A stretch of 64,000 nucleotides of DNA from Octopus bimaculoides (Eukaryota), in contig NC_068983.1 in NCBI RefSeq assembly GCF_001194135.2, positions 90,101,844 through 90,165,843 on the forward strand. Reading direction: 5' to 3'. This document shows positions 63,200 through 64,000 of this stretch, in pieces; position 1 is the first letter of the stretch, and each line of letters opens with the position of its first letter. Under the pieces are notes generated by a model. The model was not told where the DNA came from and ran no database searches. It was given only the letters and a program-made list of their open reading frames with translations. A program made the translations under genes and the position numbers.

Positions 63200-64000
63200 T
63201 ACCTAGAGTTGCTCTCTCTTCTTAATGACCATCAGCATGACTTTCATCAACCCAGATTTACTGGAAACCTGCTCTTCCATGATCACCAATAGGCTTTCAC
63301 CTAAAGAAATTTGGTAACATTAGTATTATTGCAAAGTTTTGATCGTGACTAGCATATGAAACTCTTGGTGAAACTGCCTGCCTATGGTGAGTAATGTAGG
63401 AAAATCGATCTTTCAAATTTAGTTAGCATGAGTCTTGAGAAATTTCTTGAAAAAAAAAAGTCTTTTTTTGTTTTGGTTTGATCAGAAGATAAATGTGCCA
63501 TAGCCTTCATAGACCTTTCAAAATGTGAATTGGCTGCCACATGAATTCTTACTAACCAATGGCAGCAGGAAAAATGTATAGGGAAGGATTTCTGGAGGAA
63601 ACAGGGAAGGGAAAGAGCCCATGACCCTTACAGGCTCTCTGAAACTGGTGAGATTGATGCCATTAGTATTTTGTTTAAATTGTTGCAGATCGATACTGGC
63701 AGGAAAGACATAGTCAGAAGATTCCAAACAATGTTCTAGGGATGAAGGATTGGGCATAATGGCTAGTACAAGGAAAGTGGACATACCAAGAGATGAAATT
63801 GGTAGAGGTTTTTTTGCTTTAGTGATGGAGGTATGAGATTTGTCAACTCTGAGGAGCAATAGCTATTATAGGGGTGCAAGAAAAGACACAGGAGACAGCA
63901 TGCCCGTTGGCTAAAGTATGTCTGCAAGTGAAAGAGTGCCAATCAGCTATGTGATCCAGGATGTCAGTGTGTGTAGCAGCAGCACCATTCCATATACACA
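63200..64000 (-). mobile_element. Decayed CR1/L2/Jockey-type LINE, linker and start of RT
   Basis: Minus-strand translation (LEHCLESSDYVFPAS...GINLTS) loosely matches the CLxxxxFPxxW...RPISLTS region. Confidence 0.4.

Overview
AT-rich, repeat-dense animal genomic DNA with N-gaps and many microsatellites. The repeat complement suggests a cephalopod such as Octopus (inference). The one securely supported host gene is a TESK1/2 (cdi)-family kinase on the + strand: coding exon 1 at 34243-34566, a 27.4-kb intron, and exon 2 at 62004-62125, with the rest beyond the window. The remainder is decayed mobile DNA: RTE LINEs of at least three families, CR1/L2-like fragments, three Ty3/Gypsy remnants (one with both LTRs, PBS and PPT), four Tc1/mariner elements (DD34D mariner, two Tc1, DD37D maT), Penelope-like GIY-YIG remnants, tRNA-derived SINEs and foldback/MITE-like palindromes. 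No intact autonomous ORF, CRISPR array, rRNA or true tRNA gene was seen. Best second-look items: three Penelope-type minimal hammerhead-like motifs (one with a long stem II), a candidate unannotated minus-strand gene starting at 28168, a duplicated palindrome with a flipped core, a foldback made of Tc1 transposase sequence, and a 3-mer higher-order minisatellite. No clearly new biological system could be established from sequence alone.
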